Source of the DNA: an uncultured Eubacteriales bacterium
GTDB lineage: Bacteria; Bacillota; Clostridia; Oscillospirales; CAG-272
Assembly: GCA_934371135.1 (NCBI GenBank)
Contig: CAKRNO010000002.1
Coordinates: forward strand, 69,708-133,707
DNA length: 64,000 bases
Reading direction: 5' to 3'
Part shown: one piece after another, positions 29,293 through 39,343 of the stretch
Layout of the letters: each line of letters begins with the position of its first letter
Position numbering within the stretch: the first letter of the stretch is position 1
The notes under the pieces: generated by a model
The model's input: the letters and a program-made list of their open reading frames with translations, nothing else
Databases searched by the model: none
What the model was told of the DNA's origin: nothing
Program-made: the position numbers and the translations under genes

Positions 29293-29652
29293 TTAAATCT
29301 TCTGACCGCACTTGACGCACAGACGCGTCTTGACGGTCTCACCGTTTTTGCCCGTTTCGGTGCCTGCCTTCGTGCGGACACCGCACTTGCAGTTCGGGCA
29401 GTAGAGCTGCACCTTGGATGCGTAGATCGCACCGGCAGCCTCAATAATCTGGCTGGCATCGCCCTGCTTGCGCGCCTTCATGTGTTTTTTCACCATGTGG
29501 ACGCCTTCGACCATGACCTTGCCCTCCTCGGGGGAGACGCTGGTCACCTTACCGGTCTTGGGGACGAGATTGCCCTTATCGTCGCGGGTCTTCTTATCTG
29601 CGCCGGAAAGTACCACAACGGTGTCGCCGGTCTTGATATGCATTTTCTTCAT
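29293..29652 (-). CDS. rplX: 50S ribosomal protein L24 (Cys4 zinc-ribbon form)
   Basis: ATG 29652, 8 nt after GGAGG. KOW motif [12 protein letters not shown]. The C-terminus carries CPNC...CVKC. Confidence 0.95.
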   Translation of the reverse strand: MKKMHIKTGDTVVVLSGADKKTRDDKGNLVPKTGKVTSVSPEEGKVMVEGVHMVKKHMKARKQGDASQIIEAAGAIYASKVQLYCPNCKCGVRTKAGTETGKNGETVKTRLCVKCGQKI

Positions 29653-29666
29653 TTCGACAACCTCCA

Positions 29667-30035
29667 TTAAAGTACTTCGGGAGCAAGGGACAGGATCTTC
29701 GTGAAGTCCTTGTCTCTGAGCTCACGGGCGACAGGCCCAAAGATACGCGTGCCACGCGGGGTCTTGTCTTCCTTGATGATGACAGCGGCATTTTCATCGA
29801 ACTTGATATAGGAGCCGTCCTGACGACGCGTCTCACGAACCGTTCTTACGATCACCGCTTTCACAACTTCGCCTTTTTTCACCATGCCGCCCGGGGTCAC
29901 GCGCTTGACGCACGCTACCACGACGTCGCCGATGGCGGCGTACCGACGGCCGGAGCCGCCCAGTACGCGAATGCACATCAGCTGCTTCGCACCGGTGTTA
30001 TCAGCGACATTGAGAAGTGTTTGTTGCTGAATCAC
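29667..30035 (-). CDS. rplN: 50S ribosomal protein L14
   Basis: 122 aa. [27 protein letters not shown]. Confidence 0.97.
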   Translation of the reverse strand: MIQQQTLLNVADNTGAKQLMCIRVLGGSGRRYAAIGDVVVACVKRVTPGGMVKKGEVVKAVIVRTVRETRRQDGSYIKFDENAAVIIKEDKTPRGTRIFGPVARELRDKDFTKILSLAPEVL

Positions 30036-30098
30036 TTTACTTTCCTCCTGATTTCGGTAAGCGTTTTGACCTACCTACTTGATGTGTGTGGATTCGGA

Positions 30099-30359
30099 TT
30101 ATTTCGCCTTTTCGATGATCTCGGTGAGGCGCCATCTCTTGGTTTTGGAGAGAGGTCTCGTCTCCATCACGGCGACGGTATCGCCGACGGAGCACTGGTT
30201 GTTCTCATCGTGCGCGTGAAGTTTCACGGTACGCTTCATGATCTTACCGTACTTGGGATGCGTCACGGAGTCGATGATGGCGACGACGATGGTCTTATCC
30301 ATTTTCGTGCTGACCACTTTGCCGACTCTGACTTTTCTCAGATTTCTGGTTTCCGACAT
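30099..30359 (-). CDS. rpsQ: 30S ribosomal protein S17
   Basis: 86 aa. [16 protein letters not shown]...HPKYGK. Confidence 0.97.
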   Translation of the reverse strand: MSETRNLRKVRVGKVVSTKMDKTIVVAIIDSVTHPKYGKIMKRTVKLHAHDENNQCSVGDTVAVMETRPLSKTKRWRLTEIIEKAK

Positions 30360-30374
30360 GATCTTTTACCTCCT

Positions 30375-30563
30375 TCAAGCGTTCTTCTCGTTGATGATGG
30401 TCATCACACGAGCGATGTCGTGCTTCACCTCGGTAATCTTGTGCGGATTATCAAGCTGATGCACAGCCAGTTGGAAGCGGAGGTTGAACAGTTCGCGCTT
30501 CAAATCGTTGAGTTTGGTGTTGAGCTCTTCCGGGCTCAACGCTCTGAGTTCTTGTGCTTTCAC
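30375..30563 (-). CDS. rpmC: 50S ribosomal protein L29
   Basis: 62 aa. [18 protein letters not shown]. Confidence 0.96.
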   Translation of the reverse strand: MKAQELRALSPEELNTKLNDLKRELFNLRFQLAVHQLDNPHKITEVKHDIARVMTIINEKNA

Positions 30564-30576
30564 CGTTTTCTCCTCC

Positions 30577-30990
30577 TTACAGTTCTTCTTTCTTCACAAA
30601 CTTGCACTTGATCGGCAGCTTGTGGCTCGCGAGACGCATAGCCTCTTTTGCGATGTCCTCGGAAACGCCGTCCATCTCGAACAGCACACGGCCGGGCTTC
30701 ACGACGGCTACCCAGTACTCGGGCGTACCTTTACCGGAACCCATTCGGGCTTCGGCAGGATGCTTCGTAACCGGCTTATCCGGGAAGATCTTGATCCAGA
30801 CCTGACCGCCACGCTTGATGTAACGCGTCATAGCGATACGGGCAGCCTCGATCTGGTTGCTCTTGATCCAGGCGGGCTCCAGGGCAACGAGGCCGTAGGA
30901 ACCGTTCGACACCGTGTTGCCACGGGTCGCGACGCCCTTCATTCTACCGCGCTGTACGCGACGGTATTTGACTCTTTTCGGCATTAACAT
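30577..30990 (-). CDS. rplP: 50S ribosomal protein L16
   Basis: 137 aa. [19 protein letters not shown]. Confidence 0.97.
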   Translation of the reverse strand: MLMPKRVKYRRVQRGRMKGVATRGNTVSNGSYGLVALEPAWIKSNQIEAARIAMTRYIKRGGQVWIKIFPDKPVTKHPAEARMGSGKGTPEYWVAVVKPGRVLFEMDGVSEDIAKEAMRLASHKLPIKCKFVKKEEL

Positions 30991-31769
30991 TATCGGTTGC
31001 CCCCCTCAGTCTTGGCGTTGTTGCGGCGGGGATATCCGCCATCGCGACGCGGACCGCGATCGTTTCTGCGACCGCCGCCCTCACCGCCGCGGCGCTGCCG
31101 TCTCTCGGGACGGTCGAACTTTCTGTCAGCGTTCGCATTCACTGCGAGCACTTCACCGCGATAGATCCACACTTTGATACCGATCTTGCCGTAGGTCGTG
31201 TTGGCTTCATAGAAACCGTACTCGATGTCGGCGCGGATGGTCTGCAGCGGAATCGTACCCTCATGGTAGTGCTCGGTGCGGGCGATCTCGGCACCGCCGA
31301 GACGGCCGCCGCAGGAGATCTTGATCCCCTTGGCGCCGAGGCGCATGGTTCTGCCGATCGCCTGCTTCATCGCACGGCGGAAGGAAGTTCTCTTTTCGAG
31401 CTGAGCCGCGATGCTCTCTGCCACGAGCTGGGCATTGAGGTCGGGGTTCTTGATCTCGATGACGTTGACAGCCACGGGCATACCGACCATCTTCTCGAGC
31501 TCAACCTTGAGCTTCTCGATCTCGGCACCGCCGCGACCGATAACGATACCCGGCTTTGCGCACTGGATGAACACTCTGACGCGGTTGGCATCGCGCTCGA
31601 TCTCGATCTTCGGGACGCCTGCTGCCTGGAGCTTGTTCTTCAGATACTTGCGGATGTTGTAGTCGGAAACCAGAGTGTCACCGAGCTTTTCGTCCTCGAC
31701 ATACCATCTGGAATTCCAGTTTTTGATCACGCCGACGCGCAGACCGTTCGGATTTACCTTCTGACCCAT
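30990..31769 (-). CDS. rpsC: 30S ribosomal protein S3
   Basis: 259 aa. [13 protein letters not shown] with KH and S3-C domains, plus an Arg/Gly-rich C-terminal tail. Confidence 0.97.
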   Translation of the reverse strand: MGQKVNPNGLRVGVIKNWNSRWYVEDEKLGDTLVSDYNIRKYLKNKLQAAGVPKIEIERDANRVRVFIQCAKPGIVIGRGGAEIEKLKVELEKMVGMPVAVNVIEIKNPDLNAQLVAESIAAQLEKRTSFRRAMKQAIGRTMRLGAKGIKISCGGRLGGAEIARTEHYHEGTIPLQTIRADIEYGFYEANTTYGKIGIKVWIYRGEVLAVNANADRKFDRPERRQRRGGEGGGRRNDRGPRRDGGYPRRNNAKTEGGNR

Positions 31770-31770
31770 C

Positions 31771-32112
31771 TCAGTGAACCTCCTTTTCCTTAACTGCCAG
31801 CGTCACATGGCTGGAACGTTTGTTGATACGGAACGCTCTGCCCTGCGCTCTCGGCATCACGCGCTTGAGCGTGGGGCCGGGGCAGACAAAGCACTCGGAC
31901 ACATAGAGGTTCGAGGCGTCCATACCGAAGTTGTTCTCCGCATTGGCGACGGCGCTCTTGAGGAGCTTCGTCAGTGCCTCGGCGGCGATACGGTTGGTAT
32001 TCTTCAGAATTGCTGCCGCAGTCGCGGTGTCCTTACCGCGGATGAGGTCGAGAACAACCTGTACTTTGCGGGGAGAAATTCTGAGGTATTTAAGATGTGC
32101 TTTTGCTTCCAT
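31771..32112 (-). CDS. rplV: 50S ribosomal protein L22
   Basis: 113 aa. [18 protein letters not shown]. Confidence 0.97.
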   Translation of the reverse strand: MEAKAHLKYLRISPRKVQVVLDLIRGKDTATAAAILKNTNRIAAEALTKLLKSAVANAENNFGMDASNLYVSECFVCPGPTLKRVMPRAQGRAFRINKRSSHVTLAVKEKEVH

Positions 32113-32123
32113 TGTTTCTCTCC

Positions 32124-32408
32124 TTATTTACCGTTGTTCGAGGTCTTGGAGCCCGCGTGGCCCTTGAAGGTGCGGGTAGGAGCGAACTCACCGAGCTTAT
32201 GACCGACCATATCCTCGATGACATACACCGGGACGTGCTTTCTGCCGTCATACACCGAAATGGTGTGACCCACGAATTCCGGGAAGATGGTAGAGGCACG
32301 GGACCAGGTCTTGACGATTTCTTTCTTTGCCTTGCCGTCGTTCATCGCGCAGATGCGGTTGAACAGCTTTTCTTCGACATAAGGCATTTTCTTTAAGCTT
32401 CTGCTCAT
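32124..32408 (-). CDS. rpsS: 30S ribosomal protein S19
   Basis: 94 aa. [15 protein letters not shown]...[16 protein letters not shown]. Confidence 0.97.
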   Translation of the reverse strand: MSRSLKKMPYVEEKLFNRICAMNDGKAKKEIVKTWSRASTIFPEFVGHTISVYDGRKHVPVYVIEDMVGHKLGEFAPTRTFKGHAGSKTSNNGK

Positions 32409-32425
32409 GTTGTGTCTCCTTCCAA

Positions 32426-33256
32426 TTACTTACCGTTACGGCGCTTGACGATGAACTTGTTGGTTCTCGCCTTCTTGTTTCTCGTCTTATAGCCGAGAGC
32501 GGGCTTGCCCCACGGGGTCATAGGACCTGCGTGACCGACAGGGGACTTACCTTCACCACCACCGTGCGGGTGATCGCACGGGTTCATGACGGAACCGCGG
32601 ACGGTAGGACGGACGCCGAGGTGACGGGTCTTACCGGCTTTGCCGAGCTTGACGGTGTCATGCTCGATGTTGCCGACCTGACCGATGGTCGCCTTGCAGT
32701 CGAGACGGACGATGCGAACCTCGCCGGAGGGCAGGCGGACCTGTGCGACGCCGTTCTCCTTCGCCATCAGCTGTGCCTGGGCACCGGCGGAGCGGACGAG
32801 CTGCGCACCCTTGCCGGGGTACAGTTCGATGTTGTGGATGATGGTACCGACGGGGATCGCGACGATCGGGAGCGTGTTGCCGGGCTTGATGTCGGCGGTC
32901 TCACCGGAGTACACCGTGGTGCCGGTCGTCAGACCTGCGGGAGCGATGATATAGCTCTTTTCGCCCGCTTCGTTCTGAAGCAGTGCGATGTACGCCGTGC
33001 GGTTCGGGTCGTACTCGACGCCGACCACCGTCGCCGGAGCGGCGCTCTGCCGCTTGAAGTCGATCAGACGGTACTTGATCTTGTTCCCGCCGCCGTGGTG
33101 ACGGACGGTGATCTTACCGTAGCTGTTACGGCCTGCGTTCTTCTTCTTGGTGGCAATCAGAGACTTTTCGGGGCTCTTTTTGGTCACCTCATCAAAAGAA
33201 GGAGCGGACATATTTCTACGCGACGGAGTCGTCGGTTTGTATTTCATAACTGCCAT
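32426..33256 (-). CDS. rplB: 50S ribosomal protein L2
   Basis: 276 aa. [18 protein letters not shown]. Confidence 0.97.
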   Translation of the reverse strand: MAVMKYKPTTPSRRNMSAPSFDEVTKKSPEKSLIATKKKNAGRNSYGKITVRHHGGGNKIKYRLIDFKRQSAAPATVVGVEYDPNRTAYIALLQNEAGEKSYIIAPAGLTTGTTVYSGETADIKPGNTLPIVAIPVGTIIHNIELYPGKGAQLVRSAGAQAQLMAKENGVAQVRLPSGEVRIVRLDCKATIGQVGNIEHDTVKLGKAGKTRHLGVRPTVRGSVMNPCDHPHGGGEGKSPVGHAGPMTPWGKPALGYKTRNKKARTNKFIVKRRNGK

Positions 33257-33274
33257 TTGTTCATTCCTCCTTTA

Positions 33275-33571
33275 TCAGTTCAGGCTGTCGAAGAAGGCGA
33301 TGGTCTTGGAATCCTCGGTGAGGGTCACGATCGCTTTCTTCCATTCGCCGGTGAAGCCGGCGTGATAGCCGACTCTTTTCGGCTTTTTCTTCATAATGAG
33401 CGTGTTCACCTTCGCAACCTTGACACCGGCGAACATCTCCTCGATCGCCTTGGCGATCTCGGGCTTGGTCGCACTCTTCATGACTTCAAACGAATAGCAC
33501 TTGGAGCCGACGGAGTCCATGCTCTTCTCGGTGATCAGAGGTCTGACGATAATGTCTGCTGCGTTTTTCAT
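33275..33571 (-). CDS. rplW: 50S ribosomal protein L23
   Basis: 98 aa. IIVRPLITEKSM. Confidence 0.96.
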   Translation of the reverse strand: MKNAADIIVRPLITEKSMDSVGSKCYSFEVMKSATKPEIAKAIEEMFAGVKVAKVNTLIMKKKPKRVGYHAGFTGEWKKAIVTLTEDSKTIAFFDSLN

Positions 33572-34194
33572 TATGCATATACCTCCTCAATCTTCTCGAT
33601 GGCGGCTTTCGCAACGATGAAGGTGTCGCAATTGAGGATGTCGTACACGTTGATCTCGTTGTAAAGCGCGGTCTTGACGCCGGCGATGTTGGCGCAGCTC
33701 TTGATGACCTTCTCATCCACCTCAGGCAGGATGATCAGCGTCTTCTTGGCGGCACCCACAGCGGTGAGCATCGCGACCATGTTCTTGGTCTTGTATTCTT
33801 CGGTAGCGATCTTGTCGATGACGACCATCTCGCCGCCGGCGACCTTGGAGGAGAGTGCGCTGAACAGCGCGGTTCTCTTCACTTTCTTATTGAGGGACAC
33901 GCGATAGGAGCGCGGCTTCGGGCCGAGCGCTACGCCGCCGTGTACCCACTGGGGCGAACGGGTGCTGCCCTGTCTTGCGCGGCCGGTCCCCTTCTGCTTC
34001 CACGGCTTTTTGCCGCCGCCGGAAACCTCGGTTCTGGTCAGTGTGGACTGGGTACCCTGTCTCTGGTTGAGCAGATATGCTCTTACTGCGGTATGGAGGA
34101 CGGCTTCGTTGATTTCCGCGCCGAACACGGTATCGGAGAGGGTGATCTCGCCGACCGCCTTGCCTGCCATATCTACAACTTTCATATTAGGCAT
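33571..34194 (-). CDS. rplD: 50S ribosomal protein L4
   Basis: 207 aa. GGGKKPWKQKGTGRARQGSTRSPQW. Confidence 0.97.
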   Translation of the reverse strand: MPNMKVVDMAGKAVGEITLSDTVFGAEINEAVLHTAVRAYLLNQRQGTQSTLTRTEVSGGGKKPWKQKGTGRARQGSTRSPQWVHGGVALGPKPRSYRVSLNKKVKRTALFSALSSKVAGGEMVVIDKIATEEYKTKNMVAMLTAVGAAKKTLIILPEVDEKVIKSCANIAGVKTALYNEINVYDILNCDTFIVAKAAIEKIEEVYA

Positions 34195-34212
34195 TCGTGT
34201 TTCCTCCTTCCG

Positions 34213-34845
34213 TTATGCTTTCACCGAATCGCGGATGAAGACGATACCGCCGCGTGCACCGGGGATAGCGCCCTTGACTGCGATCAGGTTCTTTTCAGAA
34301 TCGATTTTGACGACCGCGAGGTTCAGGATCGTGACCTGCTCGTTGCCGTACTGACCCGCCATCTTCTTGTTTTTGAACACGCGGGACGGGGTGGAGTTTG
34401 CACCCATGGAGCCGACCTGACGGTGAATAGGACCGGTACCGTGCGTCATACGCAGGATGTGGTGGCCCCATCTCTTGACCGCACCGGTGTAGCCGCGGCC
34501 CTTCGTGATCCCCGTGATGTCGACCTTTTCGCCAACGGCGAAGGTATCGGCAGAGATCACATCACCGACGTTCAGTGCGCTGCAATCGTCGAGACGAAAT
34601 TCTTTCAGATACTTCTTGGCGCCGAGCCCAGCCGTTTTGAGGTGCCCGAGTTCGGACTTCGTGAGGTGCTTGTCTTTGCAGTCGCTGAATGCGAGCTGGA
34701 CTGCTTCGTAGCCGTCGTTCTCGACGGTCTTCTTCTGTGCTACCACGCAGGGACCTGCTTCAATCAGGGTTACGGGCACCACGTTGCCGTTCTCATCAAA
34801 AACCTGGGTCATACCAAGCTTTTTGCCGATTACGCCATGTTTCAT
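34213..34845 (-). CDS. rplC: 50S ribosomal protein L3
   Basis: Trimmed to ATG 34845 (MKHGVIGKKLGMTQVF) after a GGAGGAAAAA SD. Confidence 0.96.
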   Translation of the reverse strand: MKHGVIGKKLGMTQVFDENGNVVPVTLIEAGPCVVAQKKTVENDGYEAVQLAFSDCKDKHLTKSELGHLKTAGLGAKKYLKEFRLDDCSALNVGDVISADTFAVGEKVDITGITKGRGYTGAVKRWGHHILRMTHGTGPIHRQVGSMGANSTPSRVFKNKKMAGQYGNEQVTILNLAVVKIDSEKNLIAVKGAIPGARGGIVFIRDSVKA

Positions 34846-34986
34846 TTTTTCCTCCAATGCAGTTATTGGTTGCGCCGTTTGAATTGCGGACGAGCCGTCA
34901 GCGCAACTTGACCACGAGGTTCGTGGTTCACACGCGGATTGCGTGTGAGGGGCGGCACGCGCCGCCGGGGTTTACGGGTTGCTTGC

Positions 34987-35301
34987 TTACGCCTTGATGA
35001 TTTCCATGCCCACACCGGACGGCAGCTCAATGTTCATGAGAGCCTTGACCGCGTCAGCCTGGGGATTGAGAATGTCAATGAGGCGCTTGTGGATGCGGCG
35101 CTCGAACTGTTCACGGGAATCCTTGTACTTGTGAACGGCACGGAGAATGGTGTACTTCTCGGTGTCGGTCGGCAGCGGGATCGGACCCGAAACGGCGCAG
35201 CCGCTTCTCTTGGCTACTTCCACGATCTTCGCGGCAGCCGCGTCGATGAGTGCATGATCGTAGCTCTTGAGCTTGACTCTGATTTTCTCGTTCTTTGCCA
35301 T
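34987..35301 (-). CDS. rpsJ: 30S ribosomal protein S10
   Basis: Trimmed to ATG 35301 ([20 protein letters not shown]) after an AAGGAGGAAAAC SD. The tracked 165-aa form extends into the leader. Confidence 0.97.
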   Translation of the reverse strand: MAKNEKIRVKLKSYDHALIDAAAAKIVEVAKRSGCAVSGPIPLPTDTEKYTILRAVHKYKDSREQFERRIHKRLIDILNPQADAVKALMNIELPSGVGMEIIKA

Positions 35302-35515
35302 GTTTTCCTCCTTAAAGACTTCGGAGCGATTTATACACCGTACCGGGCGTTTCAAAATGACCCCAAAAGGAATCTCGGGTGGTTCCTCGCGACGAAACTC
35401 CCGAAAAACTAGCGGTGACGGCGCATTTCGCCCAATTTGAAATTGGACATACTCCACGAAAATTCCCCGCGAAAACCGCGGCAACCTTTCGCTTCATCGC
35501 ACATCATGCCTGTGA

Positions 35516-35544
35516 ATTATATCAAATTTGCGTACAAATTGCAA
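35516..35544 (-). promoter_or_regulatory. Sigma-A-type promoter of the S10-spc-alpha ribosomal operon
   Basis: On the minus strand: TTGCAA (35544-35539), 17 nt, extended -10 TGATATAAT (TATAAT 35521-35516). Implies a ~205-nt leader before rpsJ. Confidence 0.65.
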
Positions 35545-35780
35545 GAAAAACCTTTCCGAACGCCCAAAATTCCGCGTAGAGAAATTCGGAGAAATTTCGT
35601 ATTATTTTTTGTGCACTTTGTACACAACCCTTGGAATACCCCTATTTTTACCCGTTTTTTCCGATTTATTCCTCCCCACGGCAAATTGTATACATTTTGT
35701 TAACAACTTTCCTTTATACTATCTCGTAGTGATTCTCTCACCTTGAAAGGAGCGTCGCCGCACGGCGACCGACAGTACAC

Positions 35781-36755
35781 ATGAAGTTTTATACCCGGGC
35801 TTATGATAGACCCCTCCGCCGCTTTGTCGGCTGGGTGGTCTCCATGATCATCCTGCTCGTCGCCTCGGCGTTCTTTGCCTCCGCCGTTGCCGCGGCGGAC
35901 GCCCCCCTGCGCTATGTGCACGGCTGGGCTTTCCTTGTCTCCGTCGCGCTCTTTGCGCTCAACGCCGCTGTCCAGCTGCCCCTGGTCTTCTCCGACCGCG
36001 GGCTCGGAGACGCTTTTGAAGCCGCCTCGCCCCGCTTTGTCCCCCTTGCCGCGGCGGTTGCCGCCCTGCTCGGCGCGCTCCCGTTCTCCGTTGGCTGTGT
36101 CGTCCTTGCCCGCCGTGCGGCAAACGTACTCCGCACCGCGATCACCCCGGAGGTCATCCGCAGCTACCGCGGGATGCTCTTTACGGCGGTTCTCGCGGCG
36201 CTCCTTTTCCTCGCCGGTGCCGTCGGGCTGCTTCTCCACGCCTTTGTGCCGGAGCGTTTTCCCGCTGCCGGTATTATCCTGCATCTGCCGCTCCCGATCG
36301 GTTGCGCCGCGTTTTCCCTCTATCTGTACTTTGATAAAACCACCCCGCGCAACGCGACATTGAAACTGTGCGTTTCCCTCGCCTTCCTGCTCCTCGCGCT
36401 GCTCCTCCTGCTCCGCATCCGCATGATGGTGGGCTCGCCCCGCCCTCGCCTCACCGTCTGGCTGGCGCGCGCCGCCCTGCCCTACACGGTAGGCGTCGGG
36501 GTGACCCTGCTGTGCCTCTCCATCGCAAAACATCTGGTTTTCGTCTCCTATGTCATTCCGGCAGCCCTGCTGTTTCTTTCCTTTTATATACTTGTCACCA
36601 TCATCCGCCCGACCGTCGGCGTCACGGAGACCGGTCCCCTGACCCCCGGCGCCCCCGATGCACAGGACGACTTTGGCGACCCCGGAGCCCCGACCGATGC
36701 ACCAGACACCCCCGAACACCGGGATCAGGACGGCGAAAACGCCGGAGAGGAGTAA
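35781..36755 (+). CDS. Hypothetical polytopic membrane protein
   Basis: 324 aa. About 8 hydrophobic segments and an acidic Pro/Asp-rich tail. Codon third positions are strongly G/C as in neighbouring genes. Stop lies 3 nt before the polA ATG. No SD immediately before its own ATG. Confidence 0.65.
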   Translation: MKFYTRAYDRPLRRFVGWVVSMIILLVASAFFASAVAAADAPLRYVHGWAFLVSVALFALNAAVQLPLVFSDRGLGDAFEAASPRFVPLAAAVAALLGALPFSVGCVVLARRAANVLRTAITPEVIRSYRGMLFTAVLAALLFLAGAVGLLLHAFVPERFPAAGIILHLPLPIGCAAFSLYLYFDKTTPRNATLKLCVSLAFLLLALLLLLRIRMMVGSPRPRLTVWLARAALPYTVGVGVTLLCLSIAKHLVFVSYVIPAALLFLSFYILVTIIRPTVGVTETGPLTPGAPDAQDDFGDPGAPTDAPDTPEHRDQDGENAGEE

Positions 36756-36758
36756 GCC

Positions 36759-39275
36759 ATGAAGAATATTCTCGTCATTGACGGTAACAGCATCATCAAC
36801 CGCGCCTACTACGGCGTGCGTCCGCTCTCCACGAAGGACGGCAGACCCACCAACGCCGTGTTCGGCACCCTCAACATCATCGGCCGCCAGCTGGAGGCGA
36901 TCCGCCCGGACTATGCCGCCGTCGCCTTTGATGTAAAATCGCCAACCTTCCGTCATAAGATCTTCGACGCCTACAAGGCGGGCAGGCGCGAGACCCCGGA
37001 GGACCTCCTCACCCAGTTCGCCCCCGTCAAGGAGTGCCTCGCCGCCATGGGGCTGACCGTCCTCGAGCTCCCGGGCTATGAGGCAGACGACATCCAGGGC
37101 ACCGTCTCGGCATGGGTCGAGGACCTGCCGGACGGGCACGCTTATATCCTCTCGGGTGACCGCGACCTGTTCCAGCTCATCGACGACCGCACGACGGTGC
37201 TCTACGCCGGACAGGAGACCAAGGCATTCGACCGCGCCGCCTTCCGCGAAAAATACCCCGGCATCGAGCCGGAGCAGTTCGTGGATCTCAAAGCCCTCAT
37301 GGGTGACGCCTCGGACAACATCCCCGGTGTCGCCGGGGTCGGGGAAAAAACAGCGCTCAAGCTCATCGCCGCCTATGGCTCGATCGACGGCGTCTATGCG
37401 CACATCGACGATAAGGAGATTGCGAACGGCGTGCGCGAGAAGCTCAAAAACAGCCACGACAACGCCTATCTGTCCCTTGCCCTCGCCCGTATCCTGCGGG
37501 AAGCGCCTCTGCCCCTGACGCTTGGAGACATCGCTTATCACGGGATGCAGAGCGACCGCCTCTACCGCCTGCTCTCCGACCTGGAGCTGAACAGCATCAT
37601 CAACCGGCTGCATCTCGCTCCGGGAGAGAGCGACGCACCCGCCGCCGCGGACGCCGCCGTCACCTACCGCGAAGTCACGCTCGAAGAAGTGCTCGCAGTG
37701 GACGGAAAGTTTGCTTTCCAGTACGACGAATCCGCCTGCTACCTGTCCGACGGCGCCACGCATCGGATGTTCCGGGGCACCCCCGCCGACCTTGCTCCGC
37801 TTTTCACAAGCCCCAACCAAATCCTTTGCTATGACGGCAAAAAGCTGTGGCATACCCTGCATGATGCAGGCATTCAGGTAAGCGCAAGTTTGCTTGACAT
37901 TCCCTTATATGCCTATGTGACAGACGCCTCCCTCGGTACCAAAACGCCACAGCAGCTCGCCACAGACCTGCTGGGCAAAACGGTGGAACCCGACGCGCCG
38001 TTCGCACACCTTTTACCGGAGCTGGAAAGCGAGCTTTACAAAACAATATGTGAGCACGGCGCAGAAATGCTGTTAACGGACGTAGAGCTGCCGCTCCTGC
38101 CGATTCTTGCCGAGATGGAGACCGTCGGCTTCCGTATTGACACGGAGGGGCTGCGCGCCTACGGCGTAGAGCTCAACGCCATGGCGGAGAAGTATGCCGC
38201 GTCTGTTCAGGCGATGGCGGGGCACCCCTTCAACCTCAATTCCCCGAAGCAGCTCGGTGAAGTGCTGTTTGAGGAGATGAAGCTGCCGGCGCCGAAAAAG
38301 AAAAAGACGGGCTATTCCACCGATGCGGAGACGCTCGAAAAGCTGAAGGACGTTCACCCGATTGCCGAGGAAATCCTCCTTTACCGACAGCTCAACAAGC
38401 TCTACACCACCTATGCGGTGGGACTGCTCACGGCGGCTGACGCCACCGGGCGTCTGCACACCGACTTCAAGCAGGCGCTCACAGCGACCGGCAGGCTCTC
38501 CTCGGCGGAGCCGAATCTGCAGAACATCCCGATCCGCACCCCTGCGGGGCGCGAGTTCCGCCGTTATTTCATCCCGAGCGACGGGTATGTCCTGGTGGAC
38601 GCCGACTATTCGCAGATCGAGCTGCGCCTGCTCGCCATCCTGTCAGGGGACGAAGCCATGATCCATGCTTTTACGAGCGGTGCGGACATTCATACCATGA
38701 CGGCGGCGAGCGCCTTCCGCATCCCGCCGGAGGAAGTCACCCCGGCGCTCCGTAAGAGCGCAAAAGCCATCAACTTCGGCATCGTCTACGGTATCAGCGC
38801 TTTCTCGCTCTCGCAGGATCTGCACATCTCGGTCGCCGAGGCGAAAGAATATATAGAGCACTATATGCAGACCTATCCCGGCATCCGCGGCTATCTCGAA
38901 TCCTCTGTCGAGCACGCCGCCGAGGTCGGCTATACCGAGACGCTCTACGGCAGGCGTCGGTATATCCCGGAGCTCAAGAGTTCGAACGGCGCCGTCCGCG
39001 CGCTCGGGCGCCGCATGGCGCTGAACGCGCCGCTCCAGGGCACGGCAGCCGACATCATGAAGATGGCGATGGTACGGGTCGCCCGCGCCCTCGCGGCAGA
39101 GCTGCCCACCGCCCGCCTCATCATGCAGGTGCACGACGAGCTGGTTCTCGAGTGCCCCCCCGAGGACGCCGGGCGCGCCGCCGCGATCCTCCGCCGCGAG
39201 ATGGAGGGCGTCGGCTCTGCATTCCCCGTCCCGCTCACCGTGGACGTCGAGATCGGGCACAACTGGCTCAAATAA
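36759..39275 (+). CDS. polA: DNA polymerase I
   Basis: 838 aa. 5' nuclease domain (ILVIDGNSIINRAYY, GYEADD), family A motifs (VDADYSQIELRLLA, RKSAKAINFGIVYG, MQVHDELV). GGAGAGGAG SD. Confidence 0.96.
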   Translation: MKNILVIDGNSIINRAYYGVRPLSTKDGRPTNAVFGTLNIIGRQLEAIRPDYAAVAFDVKSPTFRHKIFDAYKAGRRETPEDLLTQFAPVKECLAAMGLTVLELPGYEADDIQGTVSAWVEDLPDGHAYILSGDRDLFQLIDDRTTVLYAGQETKAFDRAAFREKYPGIEPEQFVDLKALMGDASDNIPGVAGVGEKTALKLIAAYGSIDGVYAHIDDKEIANGVREKLKNSHDNAYLSLALARILREAPLPLTLGDIAYHGMQSDRLYRLLSDLELNSIINRLHLAPGESDAPAAADAAVTYREVTLEEVLAVDGKFAFQYDESACYLSDGATHRMFRGTPADLAPLFTSPNQILCYDGKKLWHTLHDAGIQVSASLLDIPLYAYVTDASLGTKTPQQLATDLLGKTVEPDAPFAHLLPELESELYKTICEHGAEMLLTDVELPLLPILAEMETVGFRIDTEGLRAYGVELNAMAEKYAASVQAMAGHPFNLNSPKQLGEVLFEEMKLPAPKKKKTGYSTDAETLEKLKDVHPIAEEILLYRQLNKLYTTYAVGLLTAADATGRLHTDFKQALTATGRLSSAEPNLQNIPIRTPAGREFRRYFIPSDGYVLVDADYSQIELRLLAILSGDEAMIHAFTSGADIHTMTAASAFRIPPEEVTPALRKSAKAINFGIVYGISAFSLSQDLHISVAEAKEYIEHYMQTYPGIRGYLESSVEHAAEVGYTETLYGRRRYIPELKSSNGAVRALGRRMALNAPLQGTAADIMKMAMVRVARALAAELPTARLIMQVHDELVLECPPEDAGRAAAILRREMEGVGSAFPVPLTVDVEIGHNWLK

Positions 39276-39304
39276 CGCACAGCTGCCCCCTTTGCCATCG
39301 ACAC

Positions 39305-39343
39305 ATAATAAAATCCACCCGCCGGACGGGTGGATTTTATTAT
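39305..39343. terminator. Bidirectional terminator between polA and the SipL-like gene
   Basis: 17-bp stem ATAATAAAATCCACCCG / CGGGTGGATTTTATTAT with a 5-nt loop. The A/T-rich stem base gives U-tracts on both strands. Confidence 0.85.

Noticed and set aside
35700-37862. 720-aa minus-strand ORF
   Set aside because: It is antisense to the membrane-protein gene and the 5' third of polA. It starts inside AT-rich intergenic DNA without an SD and has Gly/Arg/Ala/Val composition typical of an antisense artefact.
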